Below are positions 37,001-49,033 of a stretch of DNA of 64,000 nt, in pieces. The notes beneath the pieces are model-generated. The model ran no database searches. It saw only the letters and a list, made by a program, of their open reading frames with translations, and had not been told where the DNA came from. Source of the DNA: Selaginella moellendorffii (Eukaryota > Plantae > Lycopodiophyta). The stretch lies in assembly GCF_000143415.4 (NCBI RefSeq), contig NW_003314279.1:1997679-2061678 (forward strand), given 5' to 3'. A program made the translations under genes and the position numbers. Position 1 is the first letter of the stretch, and each line of letters opens with the position of its first letter.

Positions 37001-40000
37001 AATGGATTTCTTGCAGCCGTTCTTCCCAAAAGCGATTGGCTGAGCGTCGTGCGATGCCTTTGGCCATGGAAGCTCAGCCCGAAGATACTAGCCAAAAGCT
37101 GAAGACTGGCTATCTCTAAGTTCGTGGCTGCAAGGTAGGAGAGGTTGTACGAAACACTTGCCGGACCGGATACTTGGCCACCTTCTACCGCATTACCGCC
37201 AAATCTCTCAGTTCCCCGCTGCTGCCTGTTGGTTGATTCTTGAGGTGATGCAGGTACAGGATGAGGAACTCTCCCTGAGATACCTTGCCTCTGTGTGCAG
37301 AAAGGTATCAAGTTCCGCAAATCTTCTCTGACGTGCTTCAAATGGAAGAAAGCAGCTTCATAGTCTTTCTGAGGGATCATCTTCTTTTTGCTGAAACCAT
37401 CGCCCTTGAGCAGCTTCATCAGCAGTCCTGTAACAGGATTCATCAAAAACTCCAGCAGTATTCGAGTTTTTCCCGGCAAAAGCAAGTTCTTCTCTCTGTC
37501 TGCCTTCCTCTGGATGAGCCCGATAGTTAGCCGAAGAAACGAGACGAGGTTTATAACCGGAATCTCCTCGCACTGCATACTTGGCAACCACCTCGGTAGC
37601 CAGCTTGAGAAAAGATCACCTGTGGGGTCTGATAAATCGCGAAACTCCAAAGGCTCCCAAACACTCCACAAAGACTCCTCCAGAAGATCCCAAGTGCAGT
37701 CATGGCAGGCGTCCACAACGACCCACTGTGAATAGCGTCGAATGAACTCCCAGTTCTTGTCGATCAGCGTGTTCCACAGGAGATTATCCAGTTCCCTTTG
37801 CCTACAGTGCGAATTCTGCATGCATATAGCGAATAGCCGTAGAATGTTTTGCATAACTAGGAGCTCTCCGCCACCCCACGAAGCTGGACCTTCGGAAGAA
37901 GAAAGCAAGTGTAAAACTGCACCCACCTCTGCTCCGCAACGCTGAAATACTAGCAGTGCACCACCTTCCTCTGGCCATTTGCAAGCAAAGGAGCTTAGAA
38001 CCTGCAGGAGTGATCCGAGCGCGACCCACACTTCCCAGAGCGACACCATCTGTTCTGTCTGCTTCCCATCGTTTTCCATGACCCTGGCTTTGTGGTCTGA
38101 CAAAGTGGCCTTGATCCTCGACTGAATCTCCGAAAGCATCAAAACTGGATATCTGCTACCTTGAGACTTGTGCTCATCGGACTCGTCGAGTACGTGGATA
38201 ATCTGAAAGATATGCTCGTGTGCCTTCTCCGGAGAGCCATCACAAACTGTCCGCACCAATTCTTCGACAAACGAGCTAATCAGTAGCAGCTTACGTGGTC
38301 CTTTGAACTCTTGTACAAGCTTTCGTCTTGTCTGTGCTAAAGAAGAGCTTCTGTTGGTAAGCATCACAGCCGCTGCAGATAGAAGATGACATATGACAGC
38401 TGATGCCTTAGTCGAGTTGGATGAGACCTCCTTTGTACCACCCCGAGGGAGCATTAGCCTGAAAGCTCTACTTGCCTTCAAACTGGTCTTTTTTCCACCT
38501 GATCTGCCGCCATTCGGAAGTGGGAATCCTTTTACGGTTGAAACAGCTCCTACTCTCTTTAATACCAGCTTCAGTAGCACCTTGGCAAATCCACTTGACT
38601 GGCAAGAGCTTTTAAAAGTAGCTACTTGTTGTCCTTGAAGAATTGCGTTTATCCCGCTTGACGAAAACGGACAGAATGCCACAGTGGCTGAATGATCTTC
38701 ATCGCTTGCATCCGGAGCAGCACCGACAACAGGATAAGAATGCATCACTCTATCTTGCTCCAGAACCTCTCCTGGAAGATCACCGCAAGGAGAGACTTCC
38801 CCGCGACTTCCTTCGAAGTAGTAAACTTGAATGAGGTCGATAACAGCATCCACTGCTGTCCCAGCTATCAGATCAGCAAAAACAGCTGCAGCGATAGAGG
38901 ATCCATGAACAATAGCGGATAGCATGTTGCTGAGATGCACCATTTTCTCAAGGTTTTCCACTTCCCTGCTACTATCCTGTCCTTCCTTCCCCTCTACATG
39001 AATAGAAAACATTTCCTGGTCACTGTTCTTACCTGCACTGCTATGTCTACACACCGAGTCTAGAATGCTGCTAACTGCGTCCTCCAAATGCGTGAGGAGA
39101 AAAGCACCTATACTGCTACTAGCTTCACCTGGAATAACCTCTATAACCTTTAAAAACGCTTCTACCACCTTGCTCGCACCTCTTCCCCCTGAGTCGACAA
39201 CTAGCAATGCCTCTTCTAACAGTCTCTCTAAAAACCTTCTGTCTAGCCATTCTAAAAGCCTCAGCCATCCGTTGTTCTGCACACTAAACGAGCCACAGCA
39301 CTTGGACGAAGCGTAAACCCCGTCAGAACCTGTCTCGTGGAAAGTATTCCAGTTGATTGCCGTGTCCCGAGCACTTGGCACAATGCCTCTAACGCTTTGT
39401 CCAATAACGTTTTCGGCGCCATTTTCATGCATTCCACCCAGCAGAAACTCCACCAGAGCTGCTAGGCCTTGGCGTCTTTCTTTGATGCTGGAAACCTGTA
39501 GCTTTGACAGTGCCGACTGCTCTTCCTTTGAAAGACGAGCACTAGGAAACATGCCACTCGACTTACACTCGAACAGTGTCATCCCCGAAATGAAAAAGAT
39601 GAACTTCACCTTGTGTCCAGCTTCTTTCCAAGAGTTAACGAGGCAGTCAAGAAACCCGCGAACTGCAACGCCACCTACAAAACCTTCCTTTTCCACGTAA
39701 AAGTTGTTGAAGACAATGGCACCAAGAGTACCGATCCGCCGTGCATCCTGTTCCATTGAAACACTGTCCCATAGCTCCCACTCGTGCACCTGAAAAGCCT
39801 TCTCTGAATAAAAACTGACACCCAAACTCTCGCGTGACGTATCCGCCGAGAACCTGCCCTTACCGATTTTCAGCTTCCCCTCCGAGCAATCGAACCTCAT
39901 AATAGTCCATCTCAAGTCCCGGGTCATCACTAGCAAATCCACACCTTCAAACGTCAACACAAATGGAAAATGGGCCAGCCAGCACGAAAAGTCCAAGTGC

Positions 40001-40880
40001 CGAAATCCGACATCCGCAAAGTTTGTGCTGTCCACCAGTTGTCTCAGAACTATCTGAAACTCCGCTAAAGCTCCTCCAGGCTCGACCATGCACAAGAGCT
40101 GATGGAACGCTGTAGCAGGCATGATGAGCAACCACTTGACGAACAGACTATGAGCTTCGGTGCCACCGCCATTCTCTCGCAACTCAAACCTGGACTTCCT
40201 GTAGGCGGACAGAACAACAAAAGTCCCGGCCAAGATCGTCAAGTAGCTCGCTGTTACTGCTCGGAACCTGTATGCCAGCTTCACCTGGCTTGTAAAAAAC
40301 TCCTCACCACTGCTTGGAACGATCCCTCTAGTCAGCCTGTCATCACTGATCTCAACCCAAAGACAACAGGACGCGGGGCCAGAGACTTTGAGCCACTTCT
40401 CAATCCCTTCCTTGGAGCCGACCAAAACTCTAACCAAAACTGGCTCTTTGGAAACCCGTGCCTCGCTAAAGAATTCCCTGATCCTGCTCTTGTTTCGAAA
40501 CAAGCAAGCCTGAAGAGCGCTTTCCTCCCTCTCCGGAAAAATGATCCCTTCCGAGAGACCGGGAATGGCATCGCTACCACCCGCAGAGAAAGCCAGCCAT
40601 GGCTCCACCATGGCTTTCCTGCGCCGCCAGTCACAACCTGCTCAGTAGCTGCCAAGACCAAAACCTGTTCTTCGATCGAATGCCGGGAGCCCAGGAATCC
40701 AACACTAGGAAACTAAAGCCTGGCAAGAACATCGTCATGTAGCGGCCCGATATCCTCATCCAACGCGGCTGGAGCAAACGAAAACAGATTTCAGCTTGTG
40801 GCAGCTTCCAATCCAGCATTTTCAATCGAGAGGCGAGCCCATACCTCAATGCCGATGAAATCCTGCCTTCTCCGCGGCAT
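34027..40880 (-). CDS. Very large protein with C-terminal Ser/Thr kinase domain (5 kb exon 35629-40611); ends approximate
   Basis: IAHGAFAQV, VVLK, FDVYSEVQIL, VVHYDLKCDNVLL, ADFGQS, GTEYVKSPEML, DVWGLGCLLYELL and RDPCRRP in successive exons. Confidence 0.85.
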
Positions 40881-41111
40881 CCAGTCGCCCCGCCGCCGCA
40901 GTCCCATGGGGATCGCTCGCAATCCTGCCTCTTTGCAACAAACCCTAGAATCGCCAGGCGAATCGAGGCCGTCCGTTTGAAGATAGCGGGAATTTCAAAG
41001 GCACGGGATTTAAGCAGTTAGCTGGTGCCATGTGTATACTTCCCGCGATTTTTCTTTTCTTTCTGCCGGTGTTCTTCATCTAGGCCATGCCCTGTCAAAG
41101 TTTCCACATCG

Positions 41112-42327
41112 ATGGCGCTAGGGTTAGGGGTTCAAGCGATCTCGATTGCTTCTACGTCGCTGGTGGAGGAGAAGCGAGGATCAGCGATTCCGGAGCGCCA
41201 GTGCGAGCGCGTAGCATTCGCGAGAAGAATCTCTCCGCATGAACTTTTGCAGCTATGCTCGTCAAGAGAAAGGGAGAATGCCGTGGGAGTGAGGTTTAGA
41301 AGGAGAAAGAGAAATGTGATTGCCGCGGGAGCGCCAGCGCCTCCGCCTCCATCGCAGGTATGTTTGAATTCCTTTACTTTTTCCAGACTATAGATTTTGA
41401 CTTGCATAAGTCATCAGATAGATCGGCCTTTGGTGGGTAGCATGGCACCAAACTTTGAAGCCGAGGCTGTCCATCACCAAGAGTTTATCAAGGTACAAAA
41501 ATCTCTACATGTTTTCCAAAAACTCGATTTGAGTTTGTTCTTGGCAGGTCAAGCTTTCCAATTACATTGGAAAGAAGTTCGTTGTTCTTTTCTTCTACCC
41601 CCTCAATTTCACCTTCGTTTGCCCGACAGGTATCTTGCTTTTTCTTTGAAACTTTGTTTCATTCTCTGCGTGTGTGTTTTCAACAGAGCTAACAGCGTTC
41701 AGCGATCGGTACGGTGAGTTTCAAAAGCTCGACACTGAGGTGCTCGCAGTATCATCCGACAGTGTAGTAAGCTCAAAATCCATTATCACTGGTTCTGTCC
41801 TTGACATTTTCCTTCCAGTTCTCTCACCTAGCGTGGATCCAAACTGACCGGAAGTCTGGGGGACTTGGGGAACTCAATTACCCAGTTGTTTCGGATCTGA
41901 CCAAGGCAATCACCAAAGCCTATCGCGTGTTGCTACCCGACCAGGTCTTTCTATTCACTCACCGATCACACACATAGAACATAAGAGGCAAGGCAAGAAC
42001 ACATTTTTAAGTCTCTCGCAACTACAGATGGCCTTAACCTTTGCATAAAAACCACAGGGTATTTCCTTGAGAGGATTGTTTATAATCGACAAGGAAGGCA
42101 TCGTTCAGCATGCTACAATCAACAATCTTGCTGTTGGACGCAACGTTGACGAGGCCCTCAGGCTTGTCCAGGTAACTTCACTCGTTCTATATGTTTCACG
42201 TCGACAAAATCGTTTCTTTTAGGCCGTCCAATACGTGAAAGTGCATCCGGACGAGCTATGTCCAGCGGGCTGGCAGCCTGGGGAGCACGGGATTAAACCA
42301 GATCCAAAGCACTTTGCTGCTGTCTAA
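41112..42327 (+). CDS. Plastid 2-Cys peroxiredoxin (BAS1-like), 7 exons
   Basis: Transit-like N-terminus; [58 protein letters not shown]; stop at 42325-42327. Confidence 0.92.
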
Positions 42328-43309
42328 AGCCGGGTTTCTTTCTTCCTTTTGGCTCTCGCAACACCAGGTAATACGCTCTCATCTCACATGAAAAGCTTTA
42401 CAGCAAAAGCTCTGCAGATTTGTCGTGCGTGCCGTGCTGAATAGAAAAGCATCAAGTGGAGAAGGCTCACGTTGCAAAAGTTGGAAAGGCTGCTGGATGC
42501 GATAGTACGTCTTTTTTTCTCCTCCTGCATTCTTTTTGTTCCAAGTTTTTGTCGGAGTGAGGAGCTTCCCTTTGTTCTTTCTATGAGAGAGAAATTGTGC
42601 AAGCAAAGAAATCCAAGAGAATGATCAAAAGTTAGCATTAAAAGCAATGGAATCCAGAATGGCATTGGCAAGCTGGCCTGGGCATCTTCTTAATTGTTCG
42701 TCACCCTGTAGGGAATCGAACCTGGGTGGAGGCATTTAAAAGCCCCCATGGGTAGGGCAAAGAAATTTTAATACGGGGCAATTTTTTTTGTTACTGGCAG
42801 AGAGGGGAGGGGACGATAGCTGCGCTCGCGCTGCGAATGGAGGCGCTGGCTCTCGCATCATCCACATCGCCGCTGTGGATCTTCTCCATTTCCTCCTCGT
42901 CCTCGCCGCTGGCTATGCCGTTGTGGAGGAGCGCGCCGCCGATGTTGCTGCTGCCGTTGCTGGACGGGTTCTTTGGCGCCAGGAGCGCGGCGATTAGGTC
43001 AAGCGGGCGTGCGTGAGGGAGGATTCGCGCAATGCACAAGAGGTACACACAGATGGGCCGGGAGCAAATGCTGCTGCCCAATTTATTATAGTTACCACAG
43101 GGGGAAAGAGAGGAAGAGATTGTAGTTTATCATAGGCTATAGTTCCTTGATTTTTTCTTCATTCTGGTAGAGGATTCTGGTAGAGGCAGCGGCGGGGTTA
43201 ATCCGGGCTATAGTTTCTAATGGGTTAGGCCTGGGAAGAAAGAAAAAAAAACAAAGAGACAAGGGGAGATAGCGAGAAAAACTGGGTGTTAGATGATGGA
43301 GATAGGAGC

Positions 43310-44377
43310 ATGCAGGAGGTGCACGGGAGCATTGTGACACCAACACTGGTTTTGTCGCTGCTGGATTTGGATCCGAGCAGCAAGAACAGGTTGGAGGGGT
43401 GGCACTCTCCCGAGAGGCCCGACGAAGACGACGAGCTCGACTCACACGAAGACGAAGAAGAAGAAGAAGAAGAAGAAGAAGTGGACGAAGGATTGGGAGT
43501 TTTGGTAGCGAACACAAAGTGTGTGCTCGCTGGCTTCCAAAAGGAGACGTGGGTGCTCCCACTTGCTGGGCTCTTGTTGCTGCTGGGGTGCCGGGGACGA
43601 GACGACACCCATCGCTACGAGCTCCAGCAATCCGTCGTCCGCCAAGGTGGAAAATCCCGCGGGCCGTGGAGGTGGCGGCGGTGGCGGCAGCAGCAGCAGC
43701 AGCAGCAGCAGGACGGGGGAGTCGCCTATGCCGCCGTCGGCGCAGCCATCGTCCATGCCACCTCCGATTCCAGTTCCAGCGTTCCTCAGCAGCGACGAGC
43801 CCGTGCACCCGACCAATGGCGAGCGGAACTCGTCGGCGGCGTCGTCCGAGAGTGGGAAGAGTGCTGGCGGGGACGCTGCCGGAGGAGGAGGAGAAGGCGA
43901 AGTGAAGAAGGAGGTGGCGCGGCTGCCCGAAGTGAAACCGGGGCCGGGAGGAATCCGGAGGAAGAGATCAGGTGTTTTGGCCAAGAGGAAGATTACGTGG
44001 GTGGATGATCACGGAGTGGACATAGCTCAAATCAAGGAGTTCGAGCCCAGGTACAACTCTTCCTTTTTCTTGTTTTTTTCTTCCCATTTTCTCTCTTTTT
44101 TTTGCTGCGATTCTTTTGGTGGTTGTTCTTGTTTGACTCTTACTCTCTGCGTCAAGATTCCGTCAGCTTTAGTGGGCTGGTCTGGACGTGCGTGTTTTGA
44201 CTCGGGCATTTTTCCTTTTCCGTTCTCCACTGTTCTTGCTCTTTTACCTTTTATCCGTTCCCAGCTTTTTGGGTGTTCTCGTTGGTGTTCTTAGAAGTTT
44301 TAGTGCAGTGACTCCGAGGACTCCGATGAAGAGGGCGATGACGAATCCCCCCAGTCGTGCTCCTGCGTTATACAATA
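43310..44377 (+). CDS. Plant protein with C-terminal RK(I/V)xW..G..I..IKEFEP motif and CaaX end; 5' frame discontinuity
   Basis: RKITWVDDHGVDIAQIKEFEP, then an intron (~44051-44327), then SDSEDSDEEGDDESPQSCSCVIQ*. The start is uncertain (43310 or 43728). Confidence 0.7.
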
Positions 44378-44685
44378 GCATCGAATTTTCGCTGGAGCGA
44401 TTGACACCAAGAACAAGAGAGCTAAACCTTGTTTCTGGGACTGGAAGAGGAACAAGAGGATCAAAGCCACCGGGACGGTCGCTCTGTATATTGGCTGTAT
44501 TTCTACTGGCGCACCCGTCCGGGCTCACTACTTAGCATTGTCTTCGCATTCCTCAAAACGCTGAGAAATTTTTTTGTACGGTCTTGTAATGTTCGTACGG
44601 TACCTTGCAAACCCTAAAACATCAAATTTAAATGGGCCCAGTGTCCTTAATTGCCGCCGACAACGTCCTCTCGTTCTAGAGAGCT

Positions 44686-46164
44686 ATGGCTGCTGCTACT
44701 CTGGCGCACATCGTCGCAGTGCCCATTCTGCTCCAGGGCCACATCGCGCCCATGCTCCACCTCGCCCACGCCATCGCTCGCACCGGCAGGGCGATCGTGT
44801 CGTTCATCACCACGGAATCTCACGCGCGGGCGCTCGCCGGATCCAAGCACTCGTGGTACTGGCAGGGGATTGACGAGTCGCGGCTGCGATTCCTGGGATT
44901 ACCCGACTCGAGCGCTCGCAGTGGGCAGGGCGAGTGGATCGACGAGCAGGGACGCTGGCGGGGCGGCATGGACGCATTCGCTGGCGCGATAACGGGGCAT
45001 ATGGCAATGGAGGCGGCCCTGGCGGCGACGATCGAGGGCTTGGAATCAGTCGATTGCTTCATCTCGGATTCTCTCTCCCCGGTGCTCGATCCAATCGCTT
45101 CCAAGCTCGGGATTCCTTTGGCGGCGCTCTGGACTGGGTCAGCATCACTGTTCGCCTTGTATCTCGACATCCACGACAATGGGTATATTCCAGTGCAAGG
45201 TAGAGAATCGTTTTGAACTTAAAAACTGTTTCAAAGAGTTGTTCTAGGCGGGAAATCGAGCGAGCGGGTGATAAGAGGAGTTCCAGGAATTGGGGAGCTG
45301 CAAGTCACTGATCTTCCAACTACTCTCTACACGGATCAAATCGATCCGGGATACCAGAGAGCCTACATCGGGATGGCCAGGCTCAGGGAGGTCCAATTCG
45401 CAGTAGTGAATGCTTGCGAGGGGCTAGAGGGCGAGGTGTTGGCGGAGATCAGGAAGAGTCACCCAAATCTCCTTCCAGTCGGGCCTCTCGTCAAGATCCC
45501 TGGCGACGCTGATGACAATCACGGCCCCTTGAACAGCTCGAATGTAGGGCTGTGGGACGAGAATCACGACTGCATTACCTGGCTGGATTCCAGAGCACAG
45601 CGCTCGGTCATCTACATCTCATTCGGGAGCATGAGCGACTTTCGATTCGAGGAGATCGAGAGCATCGGGCAGGGGATTGCAGCCACCGGGCGATCGTTCC
45701 TGTGGGTTCTTCGCGAGGAGCTCGTGAGGGACATGCCGGAGGATTTCGTCAAGATGTTTGCGAGAAGGACGAAGGAACAGGGGATGGTCATCCCGTGGTC
45801 ACCGCAATCCCAGGTTCTAAACCACAAGGCCGTGGGAGGATTCTTCACCCATTGCGGCTGGAGTTCGTGCATGGAAGCCATCCTCGCTGGAGTTCCCATG
45901 CTTGCGCTGCCCCGGTTTGTGGATCAAACGTTCAATGCCAAGGTGGTTTGCGACGATTGGGAGGTGGGACTGCGGATGATCCCAAAGGGCGATGTTGATG
46001 GAGTCGTGAGTAGGGAGCGCGTGGAAGTGGGGATCAATGCGCTGGTGGAGAAAGGTGGCGAGCTGAGGAGCCGCGCGATGGAGTTGCGCAAGAAGGTCGG
46101 AGCTGGATCACGCGAATCTATCGAGGGGTTCATCGACTCGATTCTGGAAAGGAGGAAGGACTGA
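44686..46164 (+). CDS. Family 1 UDP-glycosyltransferase, 2 exons (intron 45200-45247)
   Basis: PILLQGHIAPM, SVIYISFGS and PSPG box WSPQSQVLNHKAVGGFFTHCGWSSCMEAILAGVPMLALPRFVDQ. Confidence 0.93.
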
Positions 46165-46236
46165 CAGTTTGTTTGGTATCAAAGCAAACTAATCCTCGAG
46201 TGGGAGTGTGCCACAAATCAAAATGGTATCGATCAA

Positions 46237-48384
46237 ATGAAGCACAACACTCGAGAGAAGTGGCTGGAACTCATCGAGAATTGTGACAATCTTTCTACTG
46301 CCCGGCGCATTCACTCGGGAGTCCTTGGCCAACACTCGCATCTTGATGTTTTCGTGCTCAACAAGCTTGTGGGCATGTATGGCAGATGCGGTAGCCTAGC
46401 GCACGCCCGAGAGGTTTTCGATGCCATTGCTGCCAAGGACGCCTTCTCCTGGCAACTCCTGCTATCAGCCTGTGCCCGCAATGGACCGCTCGGGCAAGCC
46501 AGAGAAGTTTTTCTCCAGATGCCTGACAAAGATTTGGTATCCTGGAATTTGCTGCTGGGAGCAAATTCTAAACACGGATCTCCCGAGGATACCAAGAAGA
46601 CCTTCGATTCCATGCCGCAGTGGGATTGTTTCTCGTGGACCATCTTGCTCAATGTATATGCCCAAGCGGGAGAATTGGAAGACGTTAAGAAGATCTTTGA
46701 TAGCATTCCAGATAAAAACATCTTCATGTGGCGCACTATGATCAAGGCATTTCATAAAGCTGGTGATGCTGTAAACGCGAAGAAGTGTTTCCACCACATT
46801 CCATTGTATAACCTTGTAATCTGGAATGCGATGCTTACAGCTCATGCCCAAACTGGGCATCTAGTAGAAGCGAGAAAGATATACGAGCAGTTTCCGGCAT
46901 GGAATCTTGAGTCCTGGAATATAATCCTGGCCGCGTACGCCAGGAATGGTGAGCCGATGGAGGTGCGTGAAGTGTTTGAATCCATGGAGCAACGGAATCT
47001 AGTGTCTTGGAACTCCCTTCTTTGGGCATATGTCCAAGGCGGGCATCTAAGAGAGGCCAGGCGAGTGTTCCAATCAACGCCAGAGAGGGATCTCATCTCC
47101 TGGAACACGCTGCTCGATGCGCACTGCCAGCACGCCGGATCGATCGACGAGGCGAGGCTGCTGTTCGATACGATGCCACATCGCGACGCGGTGTCATGGA
47201 ATTCAATCGTCGCGGGGTACGCGCGGGCTGGCAATCCGGAGGAAGCCAAGCGTCTGTTCGATAGGGCTCCTCAGCTGGATCTTAAGATCTGTACCACGAT
47301 GGTAGCGGCGCTGGCAGAGAGCGGCCAGATCCAAGAAGCCCGGGCGCTCTTCGATGGGATCCTCGAGAAGGATTTGGCGCTCTGGAACGCTCTGCTCGCT
47401 GGCTGTTGCCTGCGTTCGCAATCGCTGGAAAAAGCGCTGGAAATCTTCGATGCGATGCCGCGGGTGAATCTCTCATCGTGCTCGTCCCTGCTCTCGTGCT
47501 ACTCTCGATTCGGGGAGCTGGAGCGCGTCAAGCAGTTCTTCGATCGAATGCCGCAGCAAAATCTCGTGTCCTGGAGTTGCATGCTACTCGCGTATGCGCA
47601 GAACGATCGCCTGGATCACGCCAGGAGCTTGTTCGATCAGATTCCAGAGCGGGACCTCGTGTGCTGGAATTCGATCTTGGGAGCGTATGCCGGCAGTGGC
47701 GATCTGCACGAATGCCGCAAGATCTTCCAAGAAATCCCGGATCCAAGCGTGGCCTCCTGGACATCGCTTCTCACCGCCTTCGCGACCCAAGGGCATCTCG
47801 CGGAAGCCAAAGAGCTCTTCGATCGATGCCCCAATCGAGACACGATCATCTGGAACGCGCTGCTGGCGGCGTACGCGACCAGCGGGCGACCAGCGGTGGC
47901 AATGGATCTGTTCACCAAAATGCCCGATCAAACGCCCATCGCTTGGACTTCCTTGCTAGCAGCATTTGCCGCGAGGGGGCATCTTTTAAGATGCGAGGAA
48001 TCCTTCGCGGCGATGAAAACTCTCCACGCCCCTGGGGAGGCGTGCTTCGTGCTGGCCCTGGCGGCGTCTGGTCACGGGGGTCGCGTGTTCGATTCGCGCC
48101 GCCACTTCCAGTCAATGGTGGCTGACTTTGACCTGGAACCCCGGAAGCAGCACTACAGCTGCATGGTGGACGCGCTGGCCAGGGCGGGCTACTTGGACGA
48201 CGCGATGGAGCTCCTGGAGAATATGCCTTACCGCCCGGATACCGTCGATTCGATGTGCTTCCTGGCCGCGTGTAGGAGCCACCAAGGCGACCGCCCCCTT
48301 CGTCTTCTCCACGAGGGCGACAAAGAATCGTCCACTTACGCGCTCCTGGCTAGCATTTCCAGCTCTAGAGTCACTGCTCCTTGA
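46237..48384 (+). CDS. PPR protein of tandem ~31-aa short repeats, E-like end, no DYW
   Basis: Intronless 715 aa with repeated MP..DLVSWN.LL.AYA..G motifs and KQHYSCMVDALARAG. Confidence 0.9.
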   Translation: MKHNTREKWLELIENCDNLSTARRIHSGVLGQHSHLDVFVLNKLVGMYGRCGSLAHAREVFDAIAAKDAFSWQLLLSACARNGPLGQAREVFLQMPDKDLVSWNLLLGANSKHGSPEDTKKTFDSMPQWDCFSWTILLNVYAQAGELEDVKKIFDSIPDKNIFMWRTMIKAFHKAGDAVNAKKCFHHIPLYNLVIWNAMLTAHAQTGHLVEARKIYEQFPAWNLESWNIILAAYARNGEPMEVREVFESMEQRNLVSWNSLLWAYVQGGHLREARRVFQSTPERDLISWNTLLDAHCQHAGSIDEARLLFDTMPHRDAVSWNSIVAGYARAGNPEEAKRLFDRAPQLDLKICTTMVAALAESGQIQEARALFDGILEKDLALWNALLAGCCLRSQSLEKALEIFDAMPRVNLSSCSSLLSCYSRFGELERVKQFFDRMPQQNLVSWSCMLLAYAQNDRLDHARSLFDQIPERDLVCWNSILGAYAGSGDLHECRKIFQEIPDPSVASWTSLLTAFATQGHLAEAKELFDRCPNRDTIIWNALLAAYATSGRPAVAMDLFTKMPDQTPIAWTSLLAAFAARGHLLRCEESFAAMKTLHAPGEACFVLALAASGHGGRVFDSRRHFQSMVADFDLEPRKQHYSCMVDALARAGYLDDAMELLENMPYRPDTVDSMCFLAACRSHQGDRPLRLLHEGDKESSTYALLASISSSRVTAP

Positions 48385-48450
48385 TAGCAATCGATGGTAT
48401 TTATGGATTAGAGGGACAAGGATCTCCGATCCATGAATTTGTCTAGATGA

Positions 48451-48870
48451 TCAGGGTTTCTTGGACGAGGCCTCCTCCTCCCGGTCGACCACGGCGTGGA
48501 GCAAGCTATCGTCGTCCACGACCATCTCCATGGGCGAGCTGCCGAGGCCGTCGGCCACGGCCAGCAAGATCTGCTTGAGCTGCTCGCGGAACTCGGCGAG
48601 ATCCACCTTGCCGTCGTGATCCATGTCGAACATCTCGAACGCCGACTGGTAGAGCGCATTGAGCTCCTCGGGGGTCTTGCTCACCGGGAATCCGCCCACA
48701 GTCTCCAGAAGATTGAGGCGCTCCAGCGCGACGCGGAGCTCCGAGCGCGAGAGGACGCCGTCGTTGTTGACATCCAGCTCCTTGAACTGGGGATCCACGG
48801 CCTTGATCAGCGCCGCCTCGTCCAGCGCGAAGTTGCGCACAGCGTTTCCATCCAATAGCACCACGCCCAT
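48451..48870 (-). CDS. Two-EF-hand calcium-binding protein
   Basis: MGVVLLDGNAVRNF.., loops DVNNDGVLSRSE and DMDHDGKVDLAE. Confidence 0.9.
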   Translation of the reverse strand: MGVVLLDGNAVRNFALDEAALIKAVDPQFKELDVNNDGVLSRSELRVALERLNLLETVGGFPVSKTPEELNALYQSAFEMFDMDHDGKVDLAEFREQLKQILLAVADGLGSSPMEMVVDDDSLLHAVVDREEEASSKKP

Positions 48871-48906
48871 CGCCAAAAGCACCGCACACAAACCTTGCGT
48901 CTTCGA

Positions 48907-48983
48907 TTCGCGCCACGTGGCCTCTTAACCGTTAGATTGTGTCGCTTATGCGAATATGCCCTAAATTTCGCGCCACGTGGCCT
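48907..48983. promoter_or_regulatory. Duplicated G-box module in a 163-bp divergent promoter
   Basis: TTCGCGCCACGTGGCCT at 48907-48923 and 48967-48983, exactly 60 bp apart. Confidence 0.65.
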
Positions 48984-49033
48984 TTAAAAGTTTTTGGCCC
49001 ATCGCGCGGGCAAGCCCTAGAAATATCGAAGGC

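Noticed and set aside
46174-46185. TGGTATCAAAGC PBS-like motif
   Set aside because: It is not preceded by CA or any LTR and lies in a 72-bp intergenic gap.
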